This document shows positions 51,175 to 60,107 of a stretch of DNA of 64,000 nucleotides, piece by piece. The position numbers and the translations under genes were made by a program. The stretch is taken from the NCBI GenBank assembly GCA_016935665.1, contig JAFGQN010000073.1:21943-85942 (forward strand). Reading direction: 5' to 3'. The notes under the pieces were generated by a model, which saw only the letters and a program-made list of their open reading frames with translations, was not told where the DNA came from and did no database searches. The stretch comes from Deltaproteobacteria bacterium. GTDB lineage: Bacteria; Myxococcota_A; Polyangia; JAAYKL01. Every line of letters starts with the position of its first letter. Position 1 is the first letter of the stretch.

Positions 51175-52256
51175 CGGCAGCTCCTTTGCTTACAGAAAAT
51201 CAGGTACAGAAAAAAAGGCGCCCCAATCAATGCGGTGATAATACCCAGGGGAATTTCGACCGAAACGCTGGAACGGGCGATGTCATCAACAATCATTAAA
51301 TAGATGGCGCCTGTCAGCATGGAAAACGGGACCAGCGTTTTGTGATCGGGACCGGTTATCATTCTGCAGATGTGTGGAATAATCAACCCAACCCAGCCGA
51401 TGATGCCGCTGATTGAAATGGCCGCCGCGGTAATAACGGTTGAACAGACAATAATCATCAGGCGCAGAGGCCCGGTATTTACCCCAAGTGACCTGGCCTC
51501 ATCATCGCCAAAAGACAAAATATTGAGTTTCCAGCGAACCAGAAAAAGCGGAACGCTTCCCAGGGCAATTGGCAGCGCAACAGATCGCACATCATCCATG
51601 TTCACCGAGGCCAGACTTCCCATGAGCCAAAAGGTAATGGCCGGCAGTTTATCGGTGGGATCGGCCACATACTTTGTAAGCGAGATAAACGACGCGAAAA
51701 CCGTGCTGACCACCATTCCCACCAGAATCAGCATGATCACCGAATCGCTGTCCCGCTTGAGCGCCCGGCCAAACAGGCATGTGATGGACACGGCGACACT
51801 GCCAAAACCAAAGGCCATCAGCTGAACACCGGCCAGATTCATCGACAGCAGAATCCCAAGGGCGGCGCCAAACCCGGCCCCGCTTGACACACCCAGAATT
51901 CCCGGGGACACCATTGGATTTCTGAATATGCTCTGATAAATCGCGCCCGACAGCGAAAGCGCACTGCCGGTCATCGCCGCAGCCAGGATGCGCGGCAACC
52001 GAACGTTAAAGATAACCGTGTTGACGGTTGCAAAATCGTTCAGCGGCAACCGTGCCACTTTAAGCCACAGCAGCGTGAACAGCTGTTCGACACTCACGCC
52101 GTAACGACCGGTTGTAAAAGAAACAAGCACTGTGATCAGCAGCAATGCAAAATAAAACGCGCTGCTCTTTGCCAGTCTCCGAAAAAAACCTGGCTGGGAC
52201 GCTGCATTCAAAAATTGAGTCGACATTGGGTTTCCAATCGATAACTGCGCCTGCAT
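51171..52256 (-). CDS. FecCD/BtuC-family permease (MolB-like)
   Basis: VRLPRI, FRNPMVSPGILGVSSGA, FWLMGSL, GWVGLIIPH, EIPLGI.TALIGAPFF. Confidence 0.92.
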   Translation of the reverse strand: MQAQLSIGNPMSTQFLNAASQPGFFRRLAKSSAFYFALLLITVLVSFTTGRYGVSVEQLFTLLWLKVARLPLNDFATVNTVIFNVRLPRILAAAMTGSALSLSGAIYQSIFRNPMVSPGILGVSSGAGFGAALGILLSMNLAGVQLMAFGFGSVAVSITCLFGRALKRDSDSVIMLILVGMVVSTVFASFISLTKYVADPTDKLPAITFWLMGSLASVNMDDVRSVALPIALGSVPLFLVRWKLNILSFGDDEARSLGVNTGPLRLMIIVCSTVITAAAISISGIIGWVGLIIPHICRMITGPDHKTLVPFSMLTGAIYLMIVDDIARSSVSVEIPLGIITALIGAPFFLYLIFCKQRSCR

Positions 52257-52260
52257 CTTT

Positions 52261-53073
52261 TCAATCTGCTGTTATCCGCTGATGGGACGCCTCGGCGTCG
52301 TTCATGAGTTTTTGAATTTCCGCGAGAATATTAAACGCGATGCCTAAAGGATTGTTCTGCCCAATATCGAGCCCGATGGGGCTGTAAACCCGATCGTCAA
52401 TAACGCCCCCGTTGTCTGTAATCGCCTTAAACCGGGCAACAACCTTGTTGCGGCTGCCCATCATGCCAATGTAGGGAACAAGGGGGTTTTCAAGCAACTG
52501 TGCCAGCACCTCTCCGTCGTGCTGATGGCCATAGGTCATAATCACGCAGTAGCTCTGAGATGTGAGATGTATCCGTTCCGCGATGTGATCCCACTCGGCA
52601 ACCACCCGTTCGGCGGCGCCGGGGAACCTGGCTTTTGTGGCATACTCGGGACGGCTGTCAAATACACGATAGGGCTGCCCCAGCACCTCGCAAAGCTTTC
52701 CAAGGTGCTCCCCCACGTGACCGGCGCCAAAAATAACAATTTCCTTTTGCGCAACTATAGGCTCCACCAGAATGGAAAGCCGACCACCGCAGTCGCCCAC
52801 AACAACCGTATCGGCGTCTTCCTCTGACCACGCGTCTTCATTAAGAACATAATGAATCAGTCGGCATTTTCCGGCGGCAATGGCATTAATAGCCGCCTTT
52901 CTGGCGTGATGCTCAACACCGCCGCCCCCCACCGTGCCCGCGCAGACATCGTGAATATTGACCACCATTCGGGCGCCCTGTCCCTGAGGCGTGCTGCCTT
53001 TGCTTTCGACAATAGTTACCATCGCGCAGGGAATGCCCTGCCGGGTCCAGTGCATCAACTGTTCAAGCCACAT
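52261..53073 (-). CDS. xdhC: XdhC/CoxI family molybdenum-cofactor chaperone
   Basis: KGSTP...GARM, GTVGGG.VE, CGG, IFGAGHVG, MTYGHQHD, YIGMMGSRNK, YSPIGLDIG. Confidence 0.88.
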   Translation of the reverse strand: MWLEQLMHWTRQGIPCAMVTIVESKGSTPQGQGARMVVNIHDVCAGTVGGGGVEHHARKAAINAIAAGKCRLIHYVLNEDAWSEEDADTVVVGDCGGRLSILVEPIVAQKEIVIFGAGHVGEHLGKLCEVLGQPYRVFDSRPEYATKARFPGAAERVVAEWDHIAERIHLTSQSYCVIMTYGHQHDGEVLAQLLENPLVPYIGMMGSRNKVVARFKAITDNGGVIDDRVYSPIGLDIGQNNPLGIAFNILAEIQKLMNDAEASHQRITAD

Positions 53074-53833
53074 GAGATACCTCCAAATCAATTTCTGGTT
53101 GAATAATATTAAAATGCCGCACCGCGCCCGCTGGCGCTTTCTTCATACTCGTACCGCCGTGCTGCAGGTATGACATCAGTCCGTTGGCATCACACACCTC
53201 AGTCCCACCCGCCGCATGAATACCAAACTCGAAAAGCCGCGCGCTGACAGGAACAGTGGGACCGACAATAATGCGCGCTCTGGCGTTGGGTGTGCGTTTG
53301 ACGACATCGTGAAAAGTGCCATTGAGCAGGGTGAGTCCGGTGAGGAAAACCAGCGATGCATTTTTAAGCGGTTCATCCGCATCGTTCCAGTGAATGTCTC
53401 CAGCTCTTGGCGCCAGCTCAACAATGGTGACCGGATATCCCGACTGACGCCACATGGCTGCTGTCTCAAAATGGCCAATAAAGCAGCTGGGTTCGGTTAT
53501 AACACACTCTGCAAAGTGCGCCATCGCATCACCATATCTGACTTTCTGTGGCTCACGAATGCCTGCGTTGAGGCAGGCCATGGCGGCTGCCCGATGCACG
53601 ACTTCTCTTGAAGCGAACCCCTCTGCCACCACGTCACGGACCGGTCGTCCGAGCCAGTGCGATATATCGGTATTCCCAGGGCACAGCAGGTCGGTTGCAG
53701 GTTCAGGAATACTGACCACCGCGACTCTGTCAACGCAGGCGACCACCCAGTGACGAAAAACGTGCAGGGACGCCACTGTCGAATCGGGGTTCGCCAGGTC
53801 TTTTAGCAATGATTGAACAAGTCTCTGATTCAT
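53063..53833 (-). CDS. DUF364 / Rossmann-like domain protein, copy 1
   Basis: RAAAMACLNA, FIGHF, VTIVEL.P, VFLTGLTLLNGT, VGPTVP...LFEFGI...GG. Confidence 0.8.
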   Translation of the reverse strand: MNQRLVQSLLKDLANPDSTVASLHVFRHWVVACVDRVAVVSIPEPATDLLCPGNTDISHWLGRPVRDVVAEGFASREVVHRAAAMACLNAGIREPQKVRYGDAMAHFAECVITEPSCFIGHFETAAMWRQSGYPVTIVELAPRAGDIHWNDADEPLKNASLVFLTGLTLLNGTFHDVVKRTPNARARIIVGPTVPVSARLFEFGIHAAGGTEVCDANGLMSYLQHGGTSMKKAPAGAVRHFNIIQPEIDLEVSHVA

Positions 53834-53878
53834 AATGTATTCTCCCTTATTCACTTTTCCATCGATGCTGCGCCTGCA

Positions 53879-55981
53879 TTAAATCTGCGTTCCGACGCCA
53901 ACAATTATTTCGCGCCCCGGTCTGGGTTCGAAGCGACCAATGACATAGTTGGCGTCTGTGAGATTAAAACCGTCGATATACAGGTAACCGCCCTTAAGCG
54001 GCGCAAAGACCGGTTCATAGCGGATATGACTGTTCAGTAAAACAAAGTCAGGCGTCCGGTCCCTTACCCACTGGTTCGTCGCGTCAGAGTATTCTGCGTG
54101 CTGACCGGAATTGTACACAGCCTCCAACGAGGCGGTCAGTCCAAAATCGAAATTGAGACGGGCACCGGCCACAACCCTGTGAGGCGTGATATAGTTGATG
54201 CGAATGTCGTTTATGAGATCTTTCGAAAAAAGATATCGGTATCCCCCGTGAATCTCAAAAAGCGGAACCGGCGTGTACCGAATGTCGAACTCGGTGCCTG
54301 CAGTAACTGCGCGACCAATATTGTCAAACGTGCCCTCGTTTTTTTCGATGAGATTGCGAATGCGGCTGCCAAAAACATGAAACGAGGTATCAAGGCCGGC
54401 AAAGGGGATGTCACTGCTTTCCAGACCAAGCTCTCCCATCCACGCCTCTTCCGGCTCAAGGTCCAGATTGCCTCCCACCACATTTTCGAAGAGCTCCTTC
54501 AACAGGGGAAGCCGCACCTTATGTCCCACTTCGGCTGTTGCCCGAATTCTTTTCGAAAAAGTAACCTCCGCTGCGAAACGCCCCTCAATACCCGGAATCA
54601 ACCGGTTGTCCACAGGCAGGCTCTCACCCTCAACCTTTTGAGCCAGCAATGACATGCCGCTAACACCCAGCCCGGCATTGAGGCGCAGCTTTCCCAACAC
54701 CTGTGTGTCTTCAATGGCCGCGGTATATTTATGGGATACATAGTGCTCCCACGCCCCCCACCGCGTTGCGCCATTTTCGTTCGGCACGGGCAAATCGTGC
54801 TGTCGATGACGATCGAGATCATAATGAAGCCTGAGCTGAAGGGTATTGCCACTGACAAGCGCCCACTGTCCGGCAATATCGGCGCCAAAGCTTTCGTTGG
54901 CATAAGCGGATTTTATAAACCACGCTTTGGGATTGTCTGTTAAATGCGTGTGGGTGGCGTCTGTGTAATCATGAAGACCATCGCGATGAATATGCGTGTA
55001 CAGATGTGCTTCAATGCCCCTGAACCCAAAGGTTGCCGGCATGGTTTCAGGCCCCAGCGTTCCTTTTAGCCCCACAAGAAAGGTATCGTAGCGATTAAAG
55101 CGCCAGTATCTTGTAAACCCGCTTTGCGTAAACGGTGGAATGCTGCGGGGCGCATGAATGGTGTTGGCAAAAAGGGTCAGTGATTTGTTGCGGCGAGGTG
55201 CATAGCGGGTCATCAGCGTGAGCGACGCCCTCTGATAGTCGCTGCCATCGCGCACGCCACCCGATTCATGATAGGAAACGTTTTTTTCGGTTTCCTTATA
55301 TGAGTCCGACAACGGGTACCCATCGGAGCGCTCGTAACCGGCGCCAAAAAAAGTGGTGACATCTCCAGTCTGAAAGCACAGGTTTGATCTGGCGCCAAAC
55401 AGGGTCATCTCACCATCGGAAGGACGGCTATACACCGTTGTATCCATGGTTTGACGGCATGCATCGGGAACACTCAGACGCACAACACCACCGGTTGTAT
55501 TGGGACCATAAAGCGGTGAGACAACCCCTTTTTCGAGTGTAATATCTGCAAGGGCAAACACCGGCAGCGCGTCGATTTCGAAATGGCCGTCATACACTTC
55601 TGCAACAGGGATGCCTTCGAAAAGAATCTGGATTGATTTCTCATTATAGCCACGAATCTGCAGCGTGGCCCCGGTCTTTGGAGCCCTGTTCACCTCCACT
55701 GCGGGTTCAAACGACAACACATCGGGTACAGTGCGCGCACCGCGGCGCTGAATTTCATCACTGTCTATTTTTGTTCTTGTCCCAACCGGTTCAGTCCGTT
55801 TTGCCAAAACGACTGTGGTGTACCCCTCATCTGTTGCCACTTCGCCAGTGTCATCCGTTTTTGTCTGTGCAAAAAGGGATGTGGAAATACCCAGCACTAT
55901 TCCTGTAAAAGTCGCTGGAATTACGGATGAAATGAAGATGTTTTTACGTGGACGACGCTGTTGGTTCATAGTGGTTACCAT
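53879..55981 (-). CDS. TonB-dependent outer-membrane receptor
   Basis: TonB-box-like YTTVVLA; plug IRGY...ILFEGIPV...LEKG..S.LYGPN..GGVV; NLDLEPEEA; FNLTDANY...PGREI.VGV. Start uncertain (55969-56071). Confidence 0.9.
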   Translation of the reverse strand: MVTTMNQQRRPRKNIFISSVIPATFTGIVLGISTSLFAQTKTDDTGEVATDEGYTTVVLAKRTEPVGTRTKIDSDEIQRRGARTVPDVLSFEPAVEVNRAPKTGATLQIRGYNEKSIQILFEGIPVAEVYDGHFEIDALPVFALADITLEKGVVSPLYGPNTTGGVVRLSVPDACRQTMDTTVYSRPSDGEMTLFGARSNLCFQTGDVTTFFGAGYERSDGYPLSDSYKETEKNVSYHESGGVRDGSDYQRASLTLMTRYAPRRNKSLTLFANTIHAPRSIPPFTQSGFTRYWRFNRYDTFLVGLKGTLGPETMPATFGFRGIEAHLYTHIHRDGLHDYTDATHTHLTDNPKAWFIKSAYANESFGADIAGQWALVSGNTLQLRLHYDLDRHRQHDLPVPNENGATRWGAWEHYVSHKYTAAIEDTQVLGKLRLNAGLGVSGMSLLAQKVEGESLPVDNRLIPGIEGRFAAEVTFSKRIRATAEVGHKVRLPLLKELFENVVGGNLDLEPEEAWMGELGLESSDIPFAGLDTSFHVFGSRIRNLIEKNEGTFDNIGRAVTAGTEFDIRYTPVPLFEIHGGYRYLFSKDLINDIRINYITPHRVVAGARLNFDFGLTASLEAVYNSGQHAEYSDATNQWVRDRTPDFVLLNSHIRYEPVFAPLKGGYLYIDGFNLTDANYVIGRFEPRPGREIIVGVGTQI

Positions 55982-56112
55982 CGCTACACACTTTCCCATG
56001 CAGAATTTTTTTCTGCGGCAAATCCGCCGAATGGATGTATCCGGCATCCCGGTGGCGCCGTATTGGTTCATCGCAATGCAAATGCGTTGGGTTTGTCTCC
56101 CTCTCGCATTAT

Positions 56113-56135
56113 CGTTATGCTTTCGAACTATAACG
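56113..56135. promoter_or_regulatory. ModE-like operator palindrome, copy 1
   Basis: CGTTAT-gctttcgaact-ATAACG. Confidence 0.75.
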
Positions 56136-56144
56136 ACTGGCCTT

Positions 56145-56174
56145 CGTTATTCTGCCATAGCATAACGCGTGCCA
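56145..56174 (-). promoter_or_regulatory. ModE-like operator copy 2 overlapping a sigma54-type promoter for the TBDR operon
   Basis: CGTTAT-tctgccatagc-ATAACG (56145-56167); minus-strand TGGCAC-GCGTT-ATGC (56174-56160). Confidence 0.75.
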
Positions 56175-56585
56175 TCAATGGTGCTGACCTTGCTTTCGGG
56201 CATCTGCGCGCAGGAGTTTTCGCCTCGCCCGTCAAATTTTTAACTGAGGAAAAATGCGCGAATTATAACGGCACAACTAAGAAAAACATTAAAATCACAG
56301 GACAGAAACGGCGTTGCCGGGGTTGGCAACGGCCATCTGTTTTCTCGCATCACGCCTTGCGTCACAAAAACTATTGTGTAAGTAATTATCCTTGCGACAC
56401 CGGCGGAAAGACACTTTGAGTGGATCTTTTTTGTTACATATATGTTGTTTGAAAGCATTCAATTCTACATCATTGTCAGAAATGGCATCAGAGATCACGG
56501 CGCTGAAAACCGCTTCTCCAAAAGAGAACGTAAAAAAAAGGGAATCACAACAATGCAAACGGTTTGAGAATGATACCAGGGCGCA

Positions 56586-57665
56586 TCAGCACGCCTGGAT
56601 GGCAGCGGTTTTAAACAGGCACCATACATTTCGACCTGGTTCCATGCACATGCGCCGTTGTGACTCGCCGGTTATTTCAACCAAAAGCCTGAAGCCTACA
56701 TCAACAGCGCATAATGTGGAGCCGTTTCGTTCGACAATGTCTTCAATTTTACCTTCGATCTGATTTTGAATGGTGACATTGTCAAGTGCCGAAAATGACA
56801 GGGAAATGTCATCTGCCCCCACAAACAGTTTTACCGACTGCCCCGGCGATGAGTTCACTTTTCCCATGTCACATTTTACGCAGACCCTTCGTGAATTATT
56901 TTTCAAGCATAAAAAGGTAAGCCCCGTAGCTTTGTCCGTTCCCGCAACCTGCATCTCAACGGCATTGAGAGGCGAGCGTTTTCCGATTATCTCTGCAGAT
57001 TTATCCGATTTTAACAGTTGGTAGTATTCATCGTGGCCAACACACTTGCCGTCTTTAATAAGACAAAGGGTATTGGTCAATTTCAGCAGGTCCGGCAGGT
57101 CGTGACTGACAACCAGAATTGGCATGTTAAATGTGCGTTGAACCTTTAATATAAACGGCAGAATCTGCTCCCGCAATTGCATATCCACAGCGGAAAATGG
57201 TTCGTCCAAAAAGAGTATGTCCGGTGATGACAAAAGCGATCTGCCCAGCGCTGTCCGTTGTCGCTCGCCGCCGGATATGGCCGACGGCTTGCATTTAAGA
57301 AGGTGTTTCAAATCGAGCATGTCGACAACATCATCAAAAAACACGGTTGCAGCTCTGTCTTTTTTCACGCCGTATCTCAGATTTTTTTCCACTGTCATAT
57401 GAGGAAACAGTCGGCCCTCCTGAAACACATACCCCACATTGCGATTTTCAACGGGAACATTCACACCTTTTTCCAAATCCAGCAGCACTCTGTCTCCGGC
57501 GACAATGCGCCCTTTTTTAGGCTTCACCAAACCCGCCAGTGCCTGCAGCAGCGACGTCTTTCCAGATCCGCTTTGCCCAAAGATTCCGGTAATCCCGTTT
57601 TGAAACGTTTCGCGTATCTCCACATCGAAATGTTTTCTTTCAAGAACAATATCCACATCTATCAT
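56586..57665 (-). CDS. modC: Molybdate ABC transporter ATPase
   Basis: GITGIFGQSGSGKTS, VFQEGRLFPH, SGGERQR, C-terminal TOBE (IQNQIEGKI...LVEIT...CLFK). Confidence 0.93.
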   Translation of the reverse strand: MIDVDIVLERKHFDVEIRETFQNGITGIFGQSGSGKTSLLQALAGLVKPKKGRIVAGDRVLLDLEKGVNVPVENRNVGYVFQEGRLFPHMTVEKNLRYGVKKDRAATVFFDDVVDMLDLKHLLKCKPSAISGGERQRTALGRSLLSSPDILFLDEPFSAVDMQLREQILPFILKVQRTFNMPILVVSHDLPDLLKLTNTLCLIKDGKCVGHDEYYQLLKSDKSAEIIGKRSPLNAVEMQVAGTDKATGLTFLCLKNNSRRVCVKCDMGKVNSSPGQSVKLFVGADDISLSFSALDNVTIQNQIEGKIEDIVERNGSTLCAVDVGFRLLVEITGESQRRMCMEPGRNVWCLFKTAAIQAC

Positions 57666-57728
57666 AATTCACTTCCGGCATTTTCATTGGTCAAATGAAC
57701 CTTTTCACGAGTTTTCAACATGCCACTT

Positions 57729-58043
57729 TCAAAGGCGAGCTGTCTTCATTCGGCGCAGATACCATTGAGACAATGCCATTGCTAAAAAAGAAATCAGCAC
57801 TGACACCATCACCATACGAAAGGTGGCGTGTTCTCTGCGGTATTTAATGTGCTGTCCGAAGGCGTTGTCAGTGCCAAATCGTTTTGCGGGTTTCATGATC
57901 TCACCGAACCCATTAACAGGCGTTGCAGCGGCTTTGGCATCGCTTGTAAACAAATTCGACCTGCAGGAAGGCAAAAGCATCAGCGCCAGAAATGCTGCGC
58001 GAACAGATGGCCACATTGTCCTGTGTAATTTCGATTTAATCAT
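57729..58043 (-). pseudogene. Probable deletion remnant: lipoprotein signal (modA-like 5' end) fused to a ModB-like C-terminus
   Basis: AGGA RBS; LALMLLPSC lipobox; ends ATFRMVMVSVLISFLAMALSQWYLRRMK, resembling the last ModB helix; lies directly upstream of modC. Confidence 0.55.
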
Positions 58044-58078
58044 CTTTCCTACTCGGTAAGGGTCAGGTTGAAGATTTG

Positions 58079-58106
58079 CGTTATATGCATCGCAAATAAC
58101 GTACCA
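58079..58106 (-). promoter_or_regulatory. ModE-like operator copy 3 overlapping a sigma54-type promoter toward modC
   Basis: CGTTAT-atgcatcgcaa-ATAACG (58079-58101); minus-strand TGGTAC-GTTAT-TTGC (58106-58092). Confidence 0.75.
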
Positions 58107-58401
58107 TGCACCACAGTGAGGCGACACCGCCGCTGCCGCCTGAAAAATTCAGTATCTCGCGCTTTGAAGACTTTACAGGTGTCCATCAAATTAACTTTGG
58201 AAAGTTACATTTGGGTACTTTTGGATGAGAAATGCTACAATTCGGAATATTCCAGAAAGCGTCGACCATTCGTGGCGCTATTTACCAATTCATTGCAGTG
58301 TCAGAGTTCAGAATTGTACAAACTTTGAGTTTTTGCCACGCTCTCAAATACTGGCAACGCCTGATTGGTGCAGTATCCCGTCATGTCCTCAATGCAGATT
58401 G

Positions 58402-58429
58402 TGGCACGTTATATGCGATAAGAATAACG
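58402..58429 (+). promoter_or_regulatory. ModE-like operator copy 4 overlapping a sigma54-type promoter of modAB
   Basis: TGGCAC-GTTAT-ATGC (58402-58416); CGTTAT-atgcgataaga-ATAACG (58407-58429). Confidence 0.75.
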
Positions 58430-58481
58430 ATGCGGCAATAAAAAAAAATGACTTTTTTTATATTTCAAAGGAGCATCTGCC

Positions 58482-59258
58482 ATGTCATGCACACGTGTGT
58501 TAATTTTCGCTTTTGGCGTCCATTTTATGCTTGCCTGTTCGCCGGAACCACCACAACCCACCGATATGCTCAATGGAAAATCTGCTGGTGGACCTGCTGA
58601 AATCTTCGTCGCCAGTGGCGCAGGGTATCGAAAACCCATTGACGAAATAAAATTTCTCTTCGAAAAGAAAACGGCCATCGCCGTGAACTGCATTTATGGA
58701 AACATGCGGCAGATTACCACTCAGGCAAAAACCAGCGGTAAAGTAGCTGTCATTATAGGCGACGTTAAATTTTTAAACAAAATGGACATTTCGTTTAAAA
58801 AGGAAACCGCCATCGGCATTGGCAGACTCGTCATTGCGGCACGGAAAAACCTACCGCTGAATGGTATTGATGATCTGACGAAATCCGAGTTTGACCGAAT
58901 TATTGTCCCGGATTCAAAAAAGGCAATATATGGCCGAGCCGCCTTTGAAGCCATGACCAAACGGAACATTTATAAACAAATACAACCCCGACTGATCACC
59001 GTTCAAACCGTTCCCCAGGTCACATCGTATCTGGCAGGCGGCACCGCTCAGGCCGGCTTCATGAACCGAGCCGATTTTCTCTCCCTCAACCCCAATAAAT
59101 TCAAGGCAATCGACATAGACAGGTCACTATATGAATCAATTATTATTGAAGCGGCCCTAACCGAACACGCAACAGACGCGGCCGAGCAATACATGCGCTT
59201 CCTGCAAAGCGATGCCGCGAAAGGCGTGTTTGACAGGTTTGGTTTAGGTCTTGAATAA
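58482..59258 (+). CDS. modA: Molybdate ABC transporter substrate-binding lipoprotein
   Basis: Lipobox MLAC; SGAGYRK, YGNM, AIYGRAA, TVPQV.SY; upstream of modB. Confidence 0.85.
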   Translation: MSCTRVLIFAFGVHFMLACSPEPPQPTDMLNGKSAGGPAEIFVASGAGYRKPIDEIKFLFEKKTAIAVNCIYGNMRQITTQAKTSGKVAVIIGDVKFLNKMDISFKKETAIGIGRLVIAARKNLPLNGIDDLTKSEFDRIIVPDSKKAIYGRAAFEAMTKRNIYKQIQPRLITVQTVPQVTSYLAGGTAQAGFMNRADFLSLNPNKFKAIDIDRSLYESIIIEAALTEHATDAAEQYMRFLQSDAAKGVFDRFGLGLE

Positions 59259-59926
59259 TGCGCGTTCACCTTTTTGCCGATAGACTGTTTTCTCTATCGC
59301 TTTCGTTTAAAATTGTGTTTGCCGCACTGCCGATTCTGCTGCTCGTTGCGATGCTTATATCTTTTTGGGCCATGAATGCGAGAGGCAGCACGCGATTGTG
59401 TATCGATGTGTGCCTGACACTTCCCATTATTTTCCCCCCAATCGGCATCGGTTTCCTGCTGGTGTATCTGTTTGGCGCGCACGGCATACTTGGGCAGATA
59501 TTGGGTATTGACCTGATATTCAGCTTTCCAGGACTGGTGCTGGCCGCCTGCATTACCGGGATTCCTTTTATTGCGCAGCCGATTGTTACAGGCATGGACG
59601 GCAGGCTTATCAATCTGTGCGAGGCCTCCCATACCATGGGCAAAGGGAGAACCACCACTTTTTTCAGGCTGGTTTTGCCCTTGTTAAAAAGCAATATTAT
59701 CGCCGGCGCTCTGCTTGCCAGTGCGCGTATTCTTGGAGAAGTGGGCATTTCTCTGATGATAGGTGGCAACATCAAAAACAAAACAAACACCATCTCTCTT
59801 GAAATCTACAACGCGGTACTGGACGGTGAAAACCATGAAGCGCTAGTGTTGTCTTTGTTTCTCATTGTCATTTCAATTTTAATATTCTCCTTAATCAGAT
59901 TTTTAACCCGTAAAGAAACCTGGTAA
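59258..59926 (+). CDS. modB: Molybdate ABC transporter permease
   Basis: LPIIFPPIGIGF, EAS.TMG, ARILGEVGISLMIGGNI..KT.TISLEIY. Confidence 0.92.
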   Translation: MRVHLFADRLFSLSLSFKIVFAALPILLLVAMLISFWAMNARGSTRLCIDVCLTLPIIFPPIGIGFLLVYLFGAHGILGQILGIDLIFSFPGLVLAACITGIPFIAQPIVTGMDGRLINLCEASHTMGKGRTTTFFRLVLPLLKSNIIAGALLASARILGEVGISLMIGGNIKNKTNTISLEIYNAVLDGENHEALVLSLFLIVISILIFSLIRFLTRKETW

Positions 59927-60009
59927 TCAGACAGTGGCGGCTCGAAATACGCGGCGATTTTAAGTCGTGAATGGGCTCTCATTGGTTCCATGCAGTCCAG
60001 TATCCAAAC

Positions 60010-60037
60010 TGGCACGTTATATGCTCTCAGAATAACG
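60010..60037 (+). promoter_or_regulatory. ModE-like operator copy 5 overlapping a sigma54-type promoter of the porin-DUF364 pair
   Basis: (C)TGGCAC-GTTAT-ATGC(T) (60010-60024); CGTTAT-atgctctcaga-ATAACG (60015-60037). Confidence 0.75.
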
Positions 60038-60107
60038 AAACCGAAGCGCACTCTTTCGGAGTGGCGTTCCATTGAAACGGCTGTTCACCTGATGCGGAGG
60101 TAAAGTT

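Noticed and set aside
55985..56110. Hairpin-rich leader of the TonB receptor as a Moco or cobalamin riboswitch
   Set aside because: Small hairpins exist, but I could not match the conserved Moco-RNA or B12-box elements. An Infernal/Rfam scan would settle it.
56295..56558. 87-aa ORF after modC as a possible TOBE/molbindin remnant
   Set aside because: The resemblance is too faint and there is no convincing RBS or motif.
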